From an uncultured Clostridia bacterium (GTDB lineage Bacteria > Acidobacteriota > Blastocatellia > UBA7656): a stretch of 64,000 bases of DNA. Position numbers and translations under genes: made by a program. A model generated the notes under the pieces. The model worked only from the letters and a program-made list of their open reading frames with translations. It was not told where the DNA came from and ran no database searches. The first letter of the stretch is position 1, and each line of letters begins with the position of its first letter. This document shows, one piece after another, positions 12,291 to 21,553 of the stretch. The stretch lies in the NCBI GenBank assembly GCA_964548075.1, contig CAZJQQ010000005.1, positions 64,252 to 128,251 on the forward strand. The letters are read 5' to 3'.

Positions 12291-13394
12291 ATGCTTCCGC
12301 TATCGAACGAGGAACTGCTCGAGTCGCTAGTGGTGCTAAACGCTGACCCAAACCAGGCCGTGCGGGCAGCGGCAACGGCAACGCTCGGGACGCTCAAGCC
12401 CGAAGTCTTCTCTCATCTGGCAGCTAACGCCGGAACAGACGCGGACGTGCTGGGGTTTCTTTGCCTGTGGCCCCGCACACCGCGGGAACTGGCCGAAGCC
12501 ATAATCTTTAATCCTTCTACACCCGATGGTGCGCTCGCCCAGCTCGCCGCGCGCAGTCCTGATTCAAAAATCATCGAGGCGATATCGCTCAAGCAGCAAA
12601 GCCTCATCCGATGCCCCGAGATCATCGACGCCATCCTGTCAAACTCCGCGCGCAGCTCTGAGGCGGAACGCCGCGCACACGAGGTGCGGGAAGAGTTCTT
12701 TGAAAAACAATTCGGCGTGCGCATGATCGCCGATGAGCAGCGCGTGCAGGCCGACGCCGTGCGCGCGGCACAGATTGCGGCCGACACCGTGTCGATCACC
12801 GGCATCGAAGACTTGATACGTCTTGGCCTGATCGAGGAAGGAATAGATGACGGGCTGGTCACCGAGTATGAAGAACAACACGGTCCCTTCGCCGCATCGG
12901 CCCCGGGTCCGGATGAACAACTCGACATACAACGCATAGTCGGTGAACTCCTCGCCGAAGAGGAAACGTTTGCAGTTGACCGGATTCCGGTCTTCCAGCG
13001 GGTCGCTTTGATGAGCGTGAAGGACCGTGTGATGCTCGCGATAAAAGGGACGCGCGAGGCTCGAATGATATTGATCCGCGATCCCAACCGGTTAGTAGCC
13101 GCCGCGGTGTTGCGCAACCCCCGGCTGACGGATACGGAGGCCGAAAGCATCGCTTCGGTCAAGACAGTACCGGAAGACGTGCTGCGGCAGATTGGTCAAA
13201 ACCGCGCGTGGACCCGCTCGTATGCTGTTATCCACAACCTGGTGCGAAACTCGCGGACTCCAATCGGTACCAGCCTGGCCTTTATCAATCGCATTCAAAC
13301 GCGTGACCTCCGCGCGCTTTCTCAGAACAAAAACATTCCCGATGTGATCCGGCAGACCTCATACCGCTTGTACTTGAAGCGAAGTGGCAGGTGA
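12291..13394 (+). CDS. LRV/HEAT-like repeat protein, function unknown
   Basis: Repeated motifs of the form NP(R/S)xxD...(V/L)RAA (DPNQAVRAAATATLG, NPSTPDGALAQLAARSPD, DPNRLVAAAVLRNPRLTD) resemble leucine-rich repeat variant / HEAT repeats. Confidence 0.4.
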   Translation: MLPLSNEELLESLVVLNADPNQAVRAAATATLGTLKPEVFSHLAANAGTDADVLGFLCLWPRTPRELAEAIIFNPSTPDGALAQLAARSPDSKIIEAISLKQQSLIRCPEIIDAILSNSARSSEAERRAHEVREEFFEKQFGVRMIADEQRVQADAVRAAQIAADTVSITGIEDLIRLGLIEEGIDDGLVTEYEEQHGPFAASAPGPDEQLDIQRIVGELLAEEETFAVDRIPVFQRVALMSVKDRVMLAIKGTREARMILIRDPNRLVAAAVLRNPRLTDTEAESIASVKTVPEDVLRQIGQNRAWTRSYAVIHNLVRNSRTPIGTSLAFINRIQTRDLRALSQNKNIPDVIRQTSYRLYLKRSGR

Positions 13395-13409
13395 ATTCCA
13401 GAACACCTT

Positions 13410-13886
13410 CTAGAATCGTGAGACGAGAAAGAAGCCACCGCCGATCGCAACAGCATCCTCCAAAAGGGCCACCACCATATCCGGGACCTTAAGAGCCTTG
13501 ACCAGACGCGTCCGCAACTCGTAGCCGGCGAAGCCGCCCGCCACTCCACCCACGCCGCCAACCACTCCTCCCAGCACCGCGGATTGATTTGCGGCCGCGC
13601 AGAGCGCGGCGCCCGACAGCCCACCGAGTGCGAACCGAGCGACGAGACCCAGGAGCTCAGTTCGCCTCGGCGTCTTCGGGAGCTTGTCTACGATGATCTC
13701 GACAACCGCGCCAGCAGTCAGAATGTATACGGCCGCCGTCGAGGCCAAAAAGGCCAGTTGTGAATGTTGAAGGTCGAGCCATTTCCAGTGCGCGGCCCAA
13801 CTGACCACGGCTGGCGCTGTCATAGAACGCAGGCCGGCTACTACGCCGATGGCAAACGCGAGGACGAGAACTGTGGTTGTGTTCAT
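13410..13886 (-). CDS. small integral membrane protein (DUF4126-like)
   Basis: 158 aa, four hydrophobic segments, Gly-rich GGVVGGVGGVAGGFAG segment. Confidence 0.4.
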   Translation of the reverse strand: MNTTTVLVLAFAIGVVAGLRSMTAPAVVSWAAHWKWLDLQHSQLAFLASTAAVYILTAGAVVEIIVDKLPKTPRRTELLGLVARFALGGLSGAALCAAANQSAVLGGVVGGVGGVAGGFAGYELRTRLVKALKVPDMVVALLEDAVAIGGGFFLVSRF

Positions 13887-13960
13887 ACTCTCTCCGGTGT
13901 ACCAAACTTTTCTTTAGCCAGTGACTTGTACCGGGCGTTTCGCTAGCAATCAATTCGGTA

Positions 13961-14075
13961 AGGAATCCGTGCAGATCCGTCGAATCCGTTTCGTCCGCGG
14001 TCTATGCGTTCGGAAGACTCGTTGTCCTAAAGCATAGATCACGGATGACACTGATCCGACTGATTTGTGCGGATT
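13961..14075. repeat. ~110-nt intergenic palindromic element, copy A (second copy at 47857-47965)
   Basis: ggaatccgtgcagatccgtcgaatccgt...ggtctatgcg...gcatagatcacggatgacactgatccgactgatttgtgcggattcc aligns at about 80% identity with 47857-47965. It contains three atccgt direct repeats, an internal ggtctatgc/gcatagacc inverted repeat, and terminal inverted repeats ggaatccg/cggattcc. Confidence 0.6.
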
Positions 14076-14101
14076 CCACACCTTCACTAATCGAATGTCT
14101 G

Positions 14102-15067
14102 TTATACGCCGCTAGCTTCATTCAGAAGCTCGATTGATGACGGATCTAACTCGAGTCTTGTCGCTTCGACCAAATCGTGGAGTTGCTCCAGGTTCGTGGC
14201 GCTCGCTATAGGCGCGGTGATGCTAGGGCGCGCGATCAGCCACGCGAGGGCAACCCTCGCAGGAGTTGAATTGAGTTGACTTGCTGTTTGATCCAGCGCT
14301 TTGAGGATCCGAAACCCGCGCTCATTCAGATACTGTTTGGTTCTGCGGCCACGGGGGCTTTTTGATAGATCGTCTTCCGACCGGTACTTTCCAGTGAGAA
14401 ACCCGCAGGCTAGCGAGAAGTACGTAATCACCCCTAGTCCTTTTTCCATGCAGAGGGGTTCAAGGTTCGTCTCATAGTCCGCACGATCATAGAGATTGTA
14501 TAACGGCTGCAGGCTCTGGTAGCTCGGGTAGCCCCCTTGTTCGCTGACAAGCAACGCCTGCGAGAGCCGCTCCGCGCTGTAGTTTGAAGCGCCAATCGCC
14601 CGAACCTTCCCTTGCTCAATCAATCGCGAGTAGGTCTCAGCAGTCTCGTCCAGCGCCGCCTCCGCATCATCCTTGTGCGACTGGTACAAATCGATGTAGT
14701 CGGTCTGTAAACGTGTCAGTGAATCCTCGACTGAACGAAGGATATGATCTCGCGAGAGTCCCTTCTTATCCGAAGCCATTTCCATTCCGACCTTAGTGGC
14801 AATCACTACCCCTTGACGCTTCCCACTTCGCTTCAGCCACTTGCCAATGATCGTCTCGGATTCGCCGCCGGCGTGGCCGGGAACCCATACCGAATACACA
14901 TCGGCCGTATCGACAAGGCTGAATCCGGACGCCACAAACGCATCAAGCAACGTGAATGACGTCGCCTCATCCGCAGTCCATCCAAAGACGTTTCCTCCAA
15001 GAGCCAGCGGAGCGATCTCCAGCCCGGCGTTTCCTAGCCTACGTTTCTTCATATCTGTCTTCGCCAT
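14102..15067 (-). CDS. aldo/keto reductase
   Basis: AKR family signature LGNAGLEIAPLALGGNVFGW...DTADVY...; 321 aa. Confidence 0.85.
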   Translation of the reverse strand: MAKTDMKKRRLGNAGLEIAPLALGGNVFGWTADEATSFTLLDAFVASGFSLVDTADVYSVWVPGHAGGESETIIGKWLKRSGKRQGVVIATKVGMEMASDKKGLSRDHILRSVEDSLTRLQTDYIDLYQSHKDDAEAALDETAETYSRLIEQGKVRAIGASNYSAERLSQALLVSEQGGYPSYQSLQPLYNLYDRADYETNLEPLCMEKGLGVITYFSLACGFLTGKYRSEDDLSKSPRGRRTKQYLNERGFRILKALDQTASQLNSTPARVALAWLIARPSITAPIASATNLEQLHDLVEATRLELDPSSIELLNEASGV

Positions 15068-15082
15068 TCCACCGCGGCCCGG

Positions 15083-17380
15083 CTATGGCAACGGTTCCAA
15101 ACGCGCGGGCACATGCTTGTGCCAGGGCGTGCCAGCCAAAAAATCCCGGTCTTCGGTGGAAGTCAGCTCGTTGACCGAAGTGCCTACACGCACCGTGACC
15201 CCATCCCCGGTATCGTAGTCGAGCCCAAGGCCATTGGGCAGGGAGATGTGTCCTTGCCGCATCATCTCCGAAACCTCGACCGTTACCTCGGCCTTGCCGC
15301 GCCGCGTATGAAGTTGAGCCCGATCACCGTCTCCCAGACTCAACGCCTCGGCATCGCGGCGGCTGATCCGAAGCGCTCCGTCCTTCCCCTTCTTGCGCCA
15401 GCCGGGATTTCGGATGATCGTGTTGGTGGTTTCCGAACGGCGTTCACCGGCGGAAAGGACAAGCGGGAAATCCGGATCCGCGCGCAGTGGCTCGGCGGTG
15501 AGTTTCGGCAGCTCTGCAAGCAGTTCAGGAATCACCAGGTTGATCTTACCGCCGGTGTGCCGAACGCGCTTCCAACTGTCTTCGTACTCATCAGACGAAA
15601 ACACGACGCCGGACGGGCTGTCGAGAATCGCCTCAAACAACTTCTCGCCTGCAGTGAATGAATCTCCAGTGAAGCCCGCTCGCGCCGCTGATTCCGCATT
15701 CGCCTGCACAAACAGATGACAGGCTCCCCACAGAATCGCCGCCGAAGCGGCACCGTTCGGTAAGGTCGGTCCCAACGTGCGATAAAGCACAACGGGTGCA
15801 AGCTTCGCGATCATCGGGTTGGCTGCCATCGCCATGAAGAACGCCTTTGCGAATGCGCCGCGGCCCTTTTCGGCGGCTGCCTTAAGCGGCGCCAAATCAT
15901 CCGGAGTCAGCGCGCCTAAAGCTTCGACGAGCCGCGCGTGAATTTCCGGCTCGGGCAACGTGTCGCCGAGAGGCTCGAGGATCGGATGGCGCAAATGGAA
16001 GTAGTTGTTCGGAAACTCGAGGTTGAAGTAAGTGGCTTCGTACTTCTCGTATTGCGTCGGCGCAGGCAGAATGTAATGAGCCAGCCGGGCCGTCTCGGTC
16101 ATCGCAATATCAATCACAACCAGCAACTCAAGCGAGCTTAGAGCCTCGCGCATCTTCTGGCTGTCGGCCAGAGAGTGAACCGGATTGCCGCTCTCAACGA
16201 GCATCGCGCGATAGCGTTTGGGATGATCAGTCAGGATTTCTTCGGGGATCACGTTGCACGGGATCAGCCCGGTGATGATTCGCGCGCCCACGACCGGGCT
16301 TCGTTTTTCGATCTTCTCACCAGCCCCCTTGTCGACTACGCTGCCTTTGCTTGAAGCATTCAATCCAATGAGCGGCGACATCGCGTAGTTCGTTCCCTTC
16401 CGGCCAAAGTTGCCGGTGAGAATCCAGATCAGCCGGTTGAGATAGCTGCCGAGCGTCGAGTGCACGGACATCTGCATGCCGAGGTCTTCGATGACTGAAA
16501 CGCTCTTCGCTCCGGCGATGCGCCTCGCGGTCTCGCGCAACTGAGTCTCGGGCACGCCGCAAACTTGCGCGTATTCGGCAACTGGAATCGCTGCGAACGC
16601 AGGCTCGATTGTTTCAAGACCGTTTGCATGCTCGGCCAGCCACTCCCGCGCGATCAGGTTCTCCTGGACCAGAATCGCAACCAGCGAGGCGAGGCACCAC
16701 GCGTCGGTGCCAGGTTTGATCGCCAGATGATAGTCAGCCATCTCCGCCGTCTCGCTGCGCCGCGGATCGATCACCACAATCGAGCGGCCGGGGTCTTTGG
16801 CAATCTGCCGCAAAGTAGCGCGAGCGCGAGCGAAGCCGTGCGACTGCCAGGGGTTCTTGCCGATGAACACAGCCACTTCGCAATGCTCGAAGTCGCCGTG
16901 TACGCCGGTTCCCAGCATCCTGCCATTCACCCAGAACTCGCCGGTCTTTTCCTGCGCGAGCGCGTTTGAGCGAAACTTCGAGCCGAGCGCCTTCAGCGTG
17001 CTGTCGGAATAAGTGCCGCCGAGATGATTTCCCTGGCCGCCGCCGCCGTAGTACAGAATCGTCTCGCCGCCATACTGAGATTTGATATCGAGGAACCGCT
17101 CTGCGATCTCAGTGATCGCCGTGTCCCAGTCGATCGCTTCGAACGAACCGTCGGCCCGCCGCCGCAACGGCGAGGTCAATCGGTCGGCCGCGTTTTGGTA
17201 GGAGTCCAGGCGTTGAGGCTTTTCGCAGGTGTAACCCTGCGAGGCAGGATGTGCCTTGTCGCCGCGGATGCGTTCAATGTGACGCCCATCAGCGCCCCCC
17301 ACTTGCATTTCGATTCCGCAGTTCAGACTGCAGAGGATACAGGCCGTCTGGTGCCATCCATCATTGCGCGCTTGTGTCAT
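15083..17380 (-). CDS. molybdopterin-dependent oxidoreductase (formate dehydrogenase / BisC-like catalytic subunit)
   Basis: N-terminal 4Fe-4S cysteine cluster CILCSLNCGIEMQV and molybdopterin oxidoreductase domains; 765 aa. Confidence 0.8.
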   Translation of the reverse strand: MTQARNDGWHQTACILCSLNCGIEMQVGGADGRHIERIRGDKAHPASQGYTCEKPQRLDSYQNAADRLTSPLRRRADGSFEAIDWDTAITEIAERFLDIKSQYGGETILYYGGGGQGNHLGGTYSDSTLKALGSKFRSNALAQEKTGEFWVNGRMLGTGVHGDFEHCEVAVFIGKNPWQSHGFARARATLRQIAKDPGRSIVVIDPRRSETAEMADYHLAIKPGTDAWCLASLVAILVQENLIAREWLAEHANGLETIEPAFAAIPVAEYAQVCGVPETQLRETARRIAGAKSVSVIEDLGMQMSVHSTLGSYLNRLIWILTGNFGRKGTNYAMSPLIGLNASSKGSVVDKGAGEKIEKRSPVVGARIITGLIPCNVIPEEILTDHPKRYRAMLVESGNPVHSLADSQKMREALSSLELLVVIDIAMTETARLAHYILPAPTQYEKYEATYFNLEFPNNYFHLRHPILEPLGDTLPEPEIHARLVEALGALTPDDLAPLKAAAEKGRGAFAKAFFMAMAANPMIAKLAPVVLYRTLGPTLPNGAASAAILWGACHLFVQANAESAARAGFTGDSFTAGEKLFEAILDSPSGVVFSSDEYEDSWKRVRHTGGKINLVIPELLAELPKLTAEPLRADPDFPLVLSAGERRSETTNTIIRNPGWRKKGKDGALRISRRDAEALSLGDGDRAQLHTRRGKAEVTVEVSEMMRQGHISLPNGLGLDYDTGDGVTVRVGTSVNELTSTEDRDFLAGTPWHKHVPARLEPLP

Positions 17381-17403
17381 CGTCGCACTCCAGGGAAGAA
17401 GGG

Positions 17404-17532
17404 TTCGTAGTTCGGCCTTTAGGCGGAAGTTTGTAGTTCAGAGTTCAAGCTTCAGCTTGCTTTCAGGGCTTAGCTGATCGAATCACGCAAGCTGACGCTT
17501 GAACTCTGAACCCCGGAAGGCCGAACTACGAT
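17404..17532. repeat. compound palindrome (15-bp outer stem plus 25-bp inner stem) in the leader of the molybdoenzyme gene
   Basis: tcgtagttcggcctt (17405-17419) pairs with aaggccgaactacga (17517-17531). gttcagagttcaagcttcagcttgc (17436-17460) pairs with gcaagctgacgcttgaactctgaac (17487-17511) with 1 mismatch. Confidence 0.6.
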
Positions 17533-18062
17533 TGTTCTTGTGACAATCCGCGCGTGACCCACCCGTGATGCTGACGCGCGTGATCGCCGTTGACTGCCAT
17601 CACCCCGCCGATCGTGCCGTCGGCCCACGGCGCGCCCGGCAATCGCTCTACCAATTGTTCATCGGATAGTTCAGCCAACAGGGCGAGTGTCTCGCCTCGG
17701 ATCTTCTGCCCGAGCGCGACAACTTCGCTGAAGCTCTTGTTGCTATGCTTTTGAACCCACGCTTCGTTCATCGCATGCACGCGAGTCATCACCTCTTCGC
17801 GTGAAGGCGTGCTGCCATCCGGGTTCTTCATGATCCCGATCGGATTCGGATCACCGGCGATGTGCCGCCGGATGATGCCGTTGAACGCCGCTTCGATGCC
17901 CGAAAGATGAGCAAGGTGATCCTTGGCGCTCCACGATGCTTCAGGGTCGTGCTTGCTGGTGGTGATGCTGCGAGCCAGATCGTCAGCCGGCATCGCCGCC
18001 CAGGTTTCCAACGTCCACGCTCGTTCCTGGTTGAGTTTGATCTCGATTTCTGTGCGATTCAT
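17526..18062 (-). CDS. DinB/ClbS-like four-helix-bundle protein
   Basis: 178 aa with a DinB_2/DfsB-like pattern (…DHLAHLSGIEAAF…HARQHHGWV). Confidence 0.4.
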   Translation of the reverse strand: MNRTEIEIKLNQERAWTLETWAAMPADDLARSITTSKHDPEASWSAKDHLAHLSGIEAAFNGIIRRHIAGDPNPIGIMKNPDGSTPSREEVMTRVHAMNEAWVQKHSNKSFSEVVALGQKIRGETLALLAELSDEQLVERLPGAPWADGTIGGVMAVNGDHARQHHGWVTRGLSQEQS

Positions 18063-18670
18063 TCTATTGACTCCAGTCTCTTAGTTGACGTCTCGTCCTC
18101 GCAGATCGTCATTGCCGCCAGGCGGCAGGACTTCAGGATCTGATCCGACAGCTTCTCGTTCTTCACAGCACGCGACAGCATCAATCCGCCCACGCACTGG
18201 GATACGATTGCCAGCGCGCGCTCACGCGCCGCCGCCGAGCTTTCTGGCAAAAGGCCTTCAATCTCATTCACGAATCGCAGAAACTGCCGCTCGTAGCTTT
18301 CACGAGTCGCATCGCTCTTTCGCGCGACGTCCGATGTAAGCGCCGGCAGCGGACACCCGTCGGCCACCGTATCGCGATGCGTGCGGCTCAGATAACCCTT
18401 GATCAAAGCGCCTAGCACATCGGCCGCGCCGAGAGCTGTGCTCTTCGTCGCGCGTAACGCTTTACCGGGATCGAGCGCTGTAGCCATCGCTTCGGCGAAC
18501 AACGTTTCCTTGGAAGAGAAGTGCGAATAGAACCCTCCGGCCGTCAGACCGGCTTCATTCATGATGGCGTCGACCCCGACTCCATCGTAGCCGGATTCCC
18601 GGAACAGCTTCGCCGCCGCCGTCAGGATTCTCCCACGAGTCTCGGCCTTTTGGTCTTTCGGGTAACGCAC
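18059..18670 (-). CDS. TetR family transcriptional regulator
   Basis: N-terminal HTH RILTAAAKLFRESGYDGVGVDAIMNEAGLTAGGFYSHFSSKETLF. Confidence 0.85.
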   Translation of the reverse strand: MRYPKDQKAETRGRILTAAAKLFRESGYDGVGVDAIMNEAGLTAGGFYSHFSSKETLFAEAMATALDPGKALRATKSTALGAADVLGALIKGYLSRTHRDTVADGCPLPALTSDVARKSDATRESYERQFLRFVNEIEGLLPESSAAARERALAIVSQCVGGLMLSRAVKNEKLSDQILKSCRLAAMTICEDETSTKRLESIE

Positions 18671-18776
18671 GGGCTTGATAGTATGACGACCGTCATACTA
18701 TAGTCAAGGCGGTTTGATGAGTATGAGTGCCAGCCCGCTGTCTAGTTCTCCATGGCTGCGCTAGAATAGGAATCCG

Positions 18777-19448
18777 TTGGTGACGGTTATGAAACTGGTG
18801 ATGGTGGGCGGACACGCGAGGAACGTCGGCAAGACGTCGGTCGTCGCAGGCATCATCCGTGGGCTACGCGAGTTCAACTGGACTGCCGCAAAAATCACTC
18901 AGTTCGGTCACGGCGTTTGTTCCGTGAATGGTCAAGCTTGCGGCTGCGAGGTGAGCGAGCACCAATTCTCAATCACCGAAGAACGCCATCAGGACACCGG
19001 CGCCGACACGGCCCGGTTTCTTGCGGCAGGCGCCCGCCGGTCGTTGTGGGTTCGCACCAAACAAGGCGAGCTGGCGGCTGCGCTACCGGCGTTCACGGCG
19101 AAGATCGAGGCTGACGAGTTCGTCATCGTCGAGAGCAACAGCTTGCGCCGTTTCATTAAGCCGGCGCTCTATATCCAGGTGCTCGACCCCGCGAATCCGG
19201 ACTTCAAAGTCTCAGCGCGGCAGTTCTTCGATCTGAGCGACGCCTACATACTGGTGCGGAAGATTGGCCAGGCCCATCCGATTCCGGCTGACAATCCGTT
19301 GCTGGCCCGCGAGATCGAGAAGAACAAGCCGTGCTTCACGGTGAACGAAGAAGATCATTTTATCAGTCAGGAGGTCGTCGAGTTTGTCAGATCAAAGCTC
19401 GCAGTTGGAGCCGGCGATGTTGCGAGACGCGTACAACCGGCCAATTAA
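18777..19448 (+). CDS. P-loop NTPase, MobB-like (molybdopterin-guanine dinucleotide biosynthesis adapter)
   Basis: Walker A VMVGGHARNVGKTSVV and a MobB-like DTARFLAAGA segment; lies immediately upstream of and overlapping moaA. Confidence 0.45.
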   Translation: MVTVMKLVMVGGHARNVGKTSVVAGIIRGLREFNWTAAKITQFGHGVCSVNGQACGCEVSEHQFSITEERHQDTGADTARFLAAGARRSLWVRTKQGELAAALPAFTAKIEADEFVIVESNSLRRFIKPALYIQVLDPANPDFKVSARQFFDLSDAYILVRKIGQAHPIPADNPLLAREIEKNKPCFTVNEEDHFISQEVVEFVRSKLAVGAGDVARRVQPAN

Positions 19449-20430
19449 GGACCTGAGGATTTCGGTCACCGACAGGTGCAACTATCGCTGCACATACTGC
19501 ATGCCTCTGGAGGAGTATGTGTGGATCGATCGGAGCGAGATCCTCAGCTTCGAAGAGATCGCCCGCCTGGCGCATCTGTTCGCCGGGCTTGGGGTCGAGA
19601 AGATTCGAATCACCGGCGGCGAGCCTCTGGTGCGCAAAGACCTGCACCGGCTCGTCGGGATGCTGTCTGGCATCGAGGGCGTGCACGACCTCTGCCTCAC
19701 AACAAACGCTTCCCTGTTGGCCGAACAGATCGACGAGCTCGTGGCAGCCGGACTCAAGCGCGTCAACGTGAGCGTCGACACGCTTGTTCCCGAAAAGTTC
19801 AAGCAGATAACCAAGCGCGGTGATCTGGACAGAGTCCTCGAAGGGCTCTTCGCCGCAAAAGCGCTCGGGCTTCACCCGATCAAGATCAACGCCGTGATCG
19901 AGCGAGGCTTGAACGACGACGACATCATCCCGCTGGTCGAGTTCGCCCGCCAGCACGGCTTCTCGATGCGGTTCATCGAGTACATGGACGTGGGCAACGC
20001 GAACAATTGGATCTCAGAGAAGATAGTCTCGAAGAAAGAGATTCTTGAAAGAATTAACGCTCGTTATCCGCTGAGAGAAGTCGGGCGAGACAACGGCACC
20101 GCCCCGGCAGTTGATTACGAATTCACGGACGGCATCGGCGATGTTGGAGTAATCGCATCAGTGACGGAACCCTTCTGCGGAACCTGCACCCGCGCCCGCC
20201 TGACGGCGGATGGAAAACTGGTGACCTGTCTGTTCTCAAATCACGGCCACGACTTGAAGTCGCTGATCCGGACCGGCGCCACCGACGAACAACTCGTTGA
20301 GGTGATAAGTTCGGTCTGGAGCAAGCGGACCGACCGCTACTCCGACGAACGCTTCGCCGCGATGAATTCCCCCGAGGGCTATCAGCCAAAGGCTCATCAC
20401 AAGATCGAGATGATAACGTTAGGAGGATAG
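19417..20430 (+). CDS. moaA: GTP 3',8-cyclase MoaA (radical SAM)
   Basis: CNYRCTYCMP radical-SAM motif, C-terminal MoaA cysteine cluster CGTCTRARLTADGKLVTC, and GG C-terminus; start chosen at MLRDAYNRPIKDLRISVTD. Confidence 0.9.
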   Translation: MLRDAYNRPIKDLRISVTDRCNYRCTYCMPLEEYVWIDRSEILSFEEIARLAHLFAGLGVEKIRITGGEPLVRKDLHRLVGMLSGIEGVHDLCLTTNASLLAEQIDELVAAGLKRVNVSVDTLVPEKFKQITKRGDLDRVLEGLFAAKALGLHPIKINAVIERGLNDDDIIPLVEFARQHGFSMRFIEYMDVGNANNWISEKIVSKKEILERINARYPLREVGRDNGTAPAVDYEFTDGIGDVGVIASVTEPFCGTCTRARLTADGKLVTCLFSNHGHDLKSLIRTGATDEQLVEVISSVWSKRTDRYSDERFAAMNSPEGYQPKAHHKIEMITLGG

Positions 20431-20512
20431 CGAAAGTAATCGCGGTTTGCGATCGCGCGGATATCGGGACGGACACTCAGACGCATCGCTTGAATTGCCC
20501 AGTCCGCTTTGA

Positions 20513-21337
20513 TTACCGCCGGGGGGGCGTTGAGATCACTCGAAAATGGTATTTGCCGGCCTCTTCGAATTGCCCGCCCTGGTCTAACCCGCTGAGCTTG
20601 ATTTGGTAATCGCCCCTGACAAGTAGCCTGGCGCGGAAACTCAAGCCGACCACCCGTTCATTTGCCAGTGATTCGGGTTTCAGCTCATCCGCCGAGAAGA
20701 CTTCGCGCCCTTCATCCGTTTGAACGACTGCCCGGTAGCTCTGATACTCGTCTCGCGACAATTCAAGGTGTAGCCGCACAGTGGATATGTCGGTTGCAAT
20801 TGTTACCCTCTTGATTTCGCCGCTATCCCTCTCCAGGCCGGGCCTCAAAGTAATCGCAAGCGTAGGCCCTTCCGGCAATTGATCGCGCAGCCATACATTC
20901 CTGACGATCAGCCATGAGGCGCCGAAGAAGACAATTACTAATGCTGCCGCAAGGGAAAGGCCAAGCAGCGGCTTTTGAGCGTGGAGCGAAGCGGGTATGA
21001 AGCGCTTCCAGACGAGAGGTCGCTGGCCGTTGACTGTTGCGGGCTTTACGTCTGCGAGCGGCGCACCGTTGACGTATCTGTGTAGGGCTTCGGCAAAGCT
21101 CAGCCGCTGTCTTCGCTCCGAAACCGCCAGAAAATGTTGATTGAATCTCTCTCGCTCAGGAGCGGACAAGTTGCCGTGAACATAGCTGTCTATTAACTCG
21201 TCCTCTGCAGCTGACAATTCCTCAAGGTACTCGTCATCAATCAGCAGTTGCTTTTCCAGGCGCTCCTGTTCCTCCGGCTCAAGCCACCCCAGCAGGTACC
21301 GCCTCAAACGGTCTTCAGTATCATGGCCATATTCCAT
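20513..21337 (-). CDS. single-pass membrane protein with anti-sigma-factor-like topology
   Basis: 274 aa: an about 110-aa cytoplasmic helical acidic N-domain (LRRYLLGWLEPEEQERLEKQLLIDDEYLEEL...), one TM (LLGLSLAAALVIVFFGASWLIV), and an about 135-aa extracytoplasmic domain. Lies downstream of the ECF-peptidase-CHAT genes. Confidence 0.35.
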   Translation of the reverse strand: MEYGHDTEDRLRRYLLGWLEPEEQERLEKQLLIDDEYLEELSAAEDELIDSYVHGNLSAPERERFNQHFLAVSERRQRLSFAEALHRYVNGAPLADVKPATVNGQRPLVWKRFIPASLHAQKPLLGLSLAAALVIVFFGASWLIVRNVWLRDQLPEGPTLAITLRPGLERDSGEIKRVTIATDISTVRLHLELSRDEYQSYRAVVQTDEGREVFSADELKPESLANERVVGLSFRARLLVRGDYQIKLSGLDQGGQFEEAGKYHFRVISTPPRR

Positions 21338-21553
21338 TAGAAGGACTCTTCCCCACTCGCCTTTGCATCCCTATACATGTATTGCATAGTCTTCAGTTCT
21401 ATTTCAGGCAGTCGATATTGGTCAAGGCAATCTCGCGCGGATCGTATGCAGTCAGAGCCGTTCTATTCCCTCTACCTCCGGCATTTTAATGCCTGAAGCT
21501 GTCAGAGTCTCTTAAGCTAAGTTCCAGGTCTCAGCGCTCCGCAGTTTGCCGGG

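Noticed and set aside
17404-17532. Molybdenum-cofactor riboswitch upstream of the molybdopterin oxidoreductase
   Set aside because: The position is suggestive, but the element is an almost perfectly symmetric double palindrome. Riboswitch aptamers have asymmetric, imperfect multi-stem architectures, and I could not identify Moco-motif conserved positions by eye. Left as a palindromic element pending an Rfam scan.
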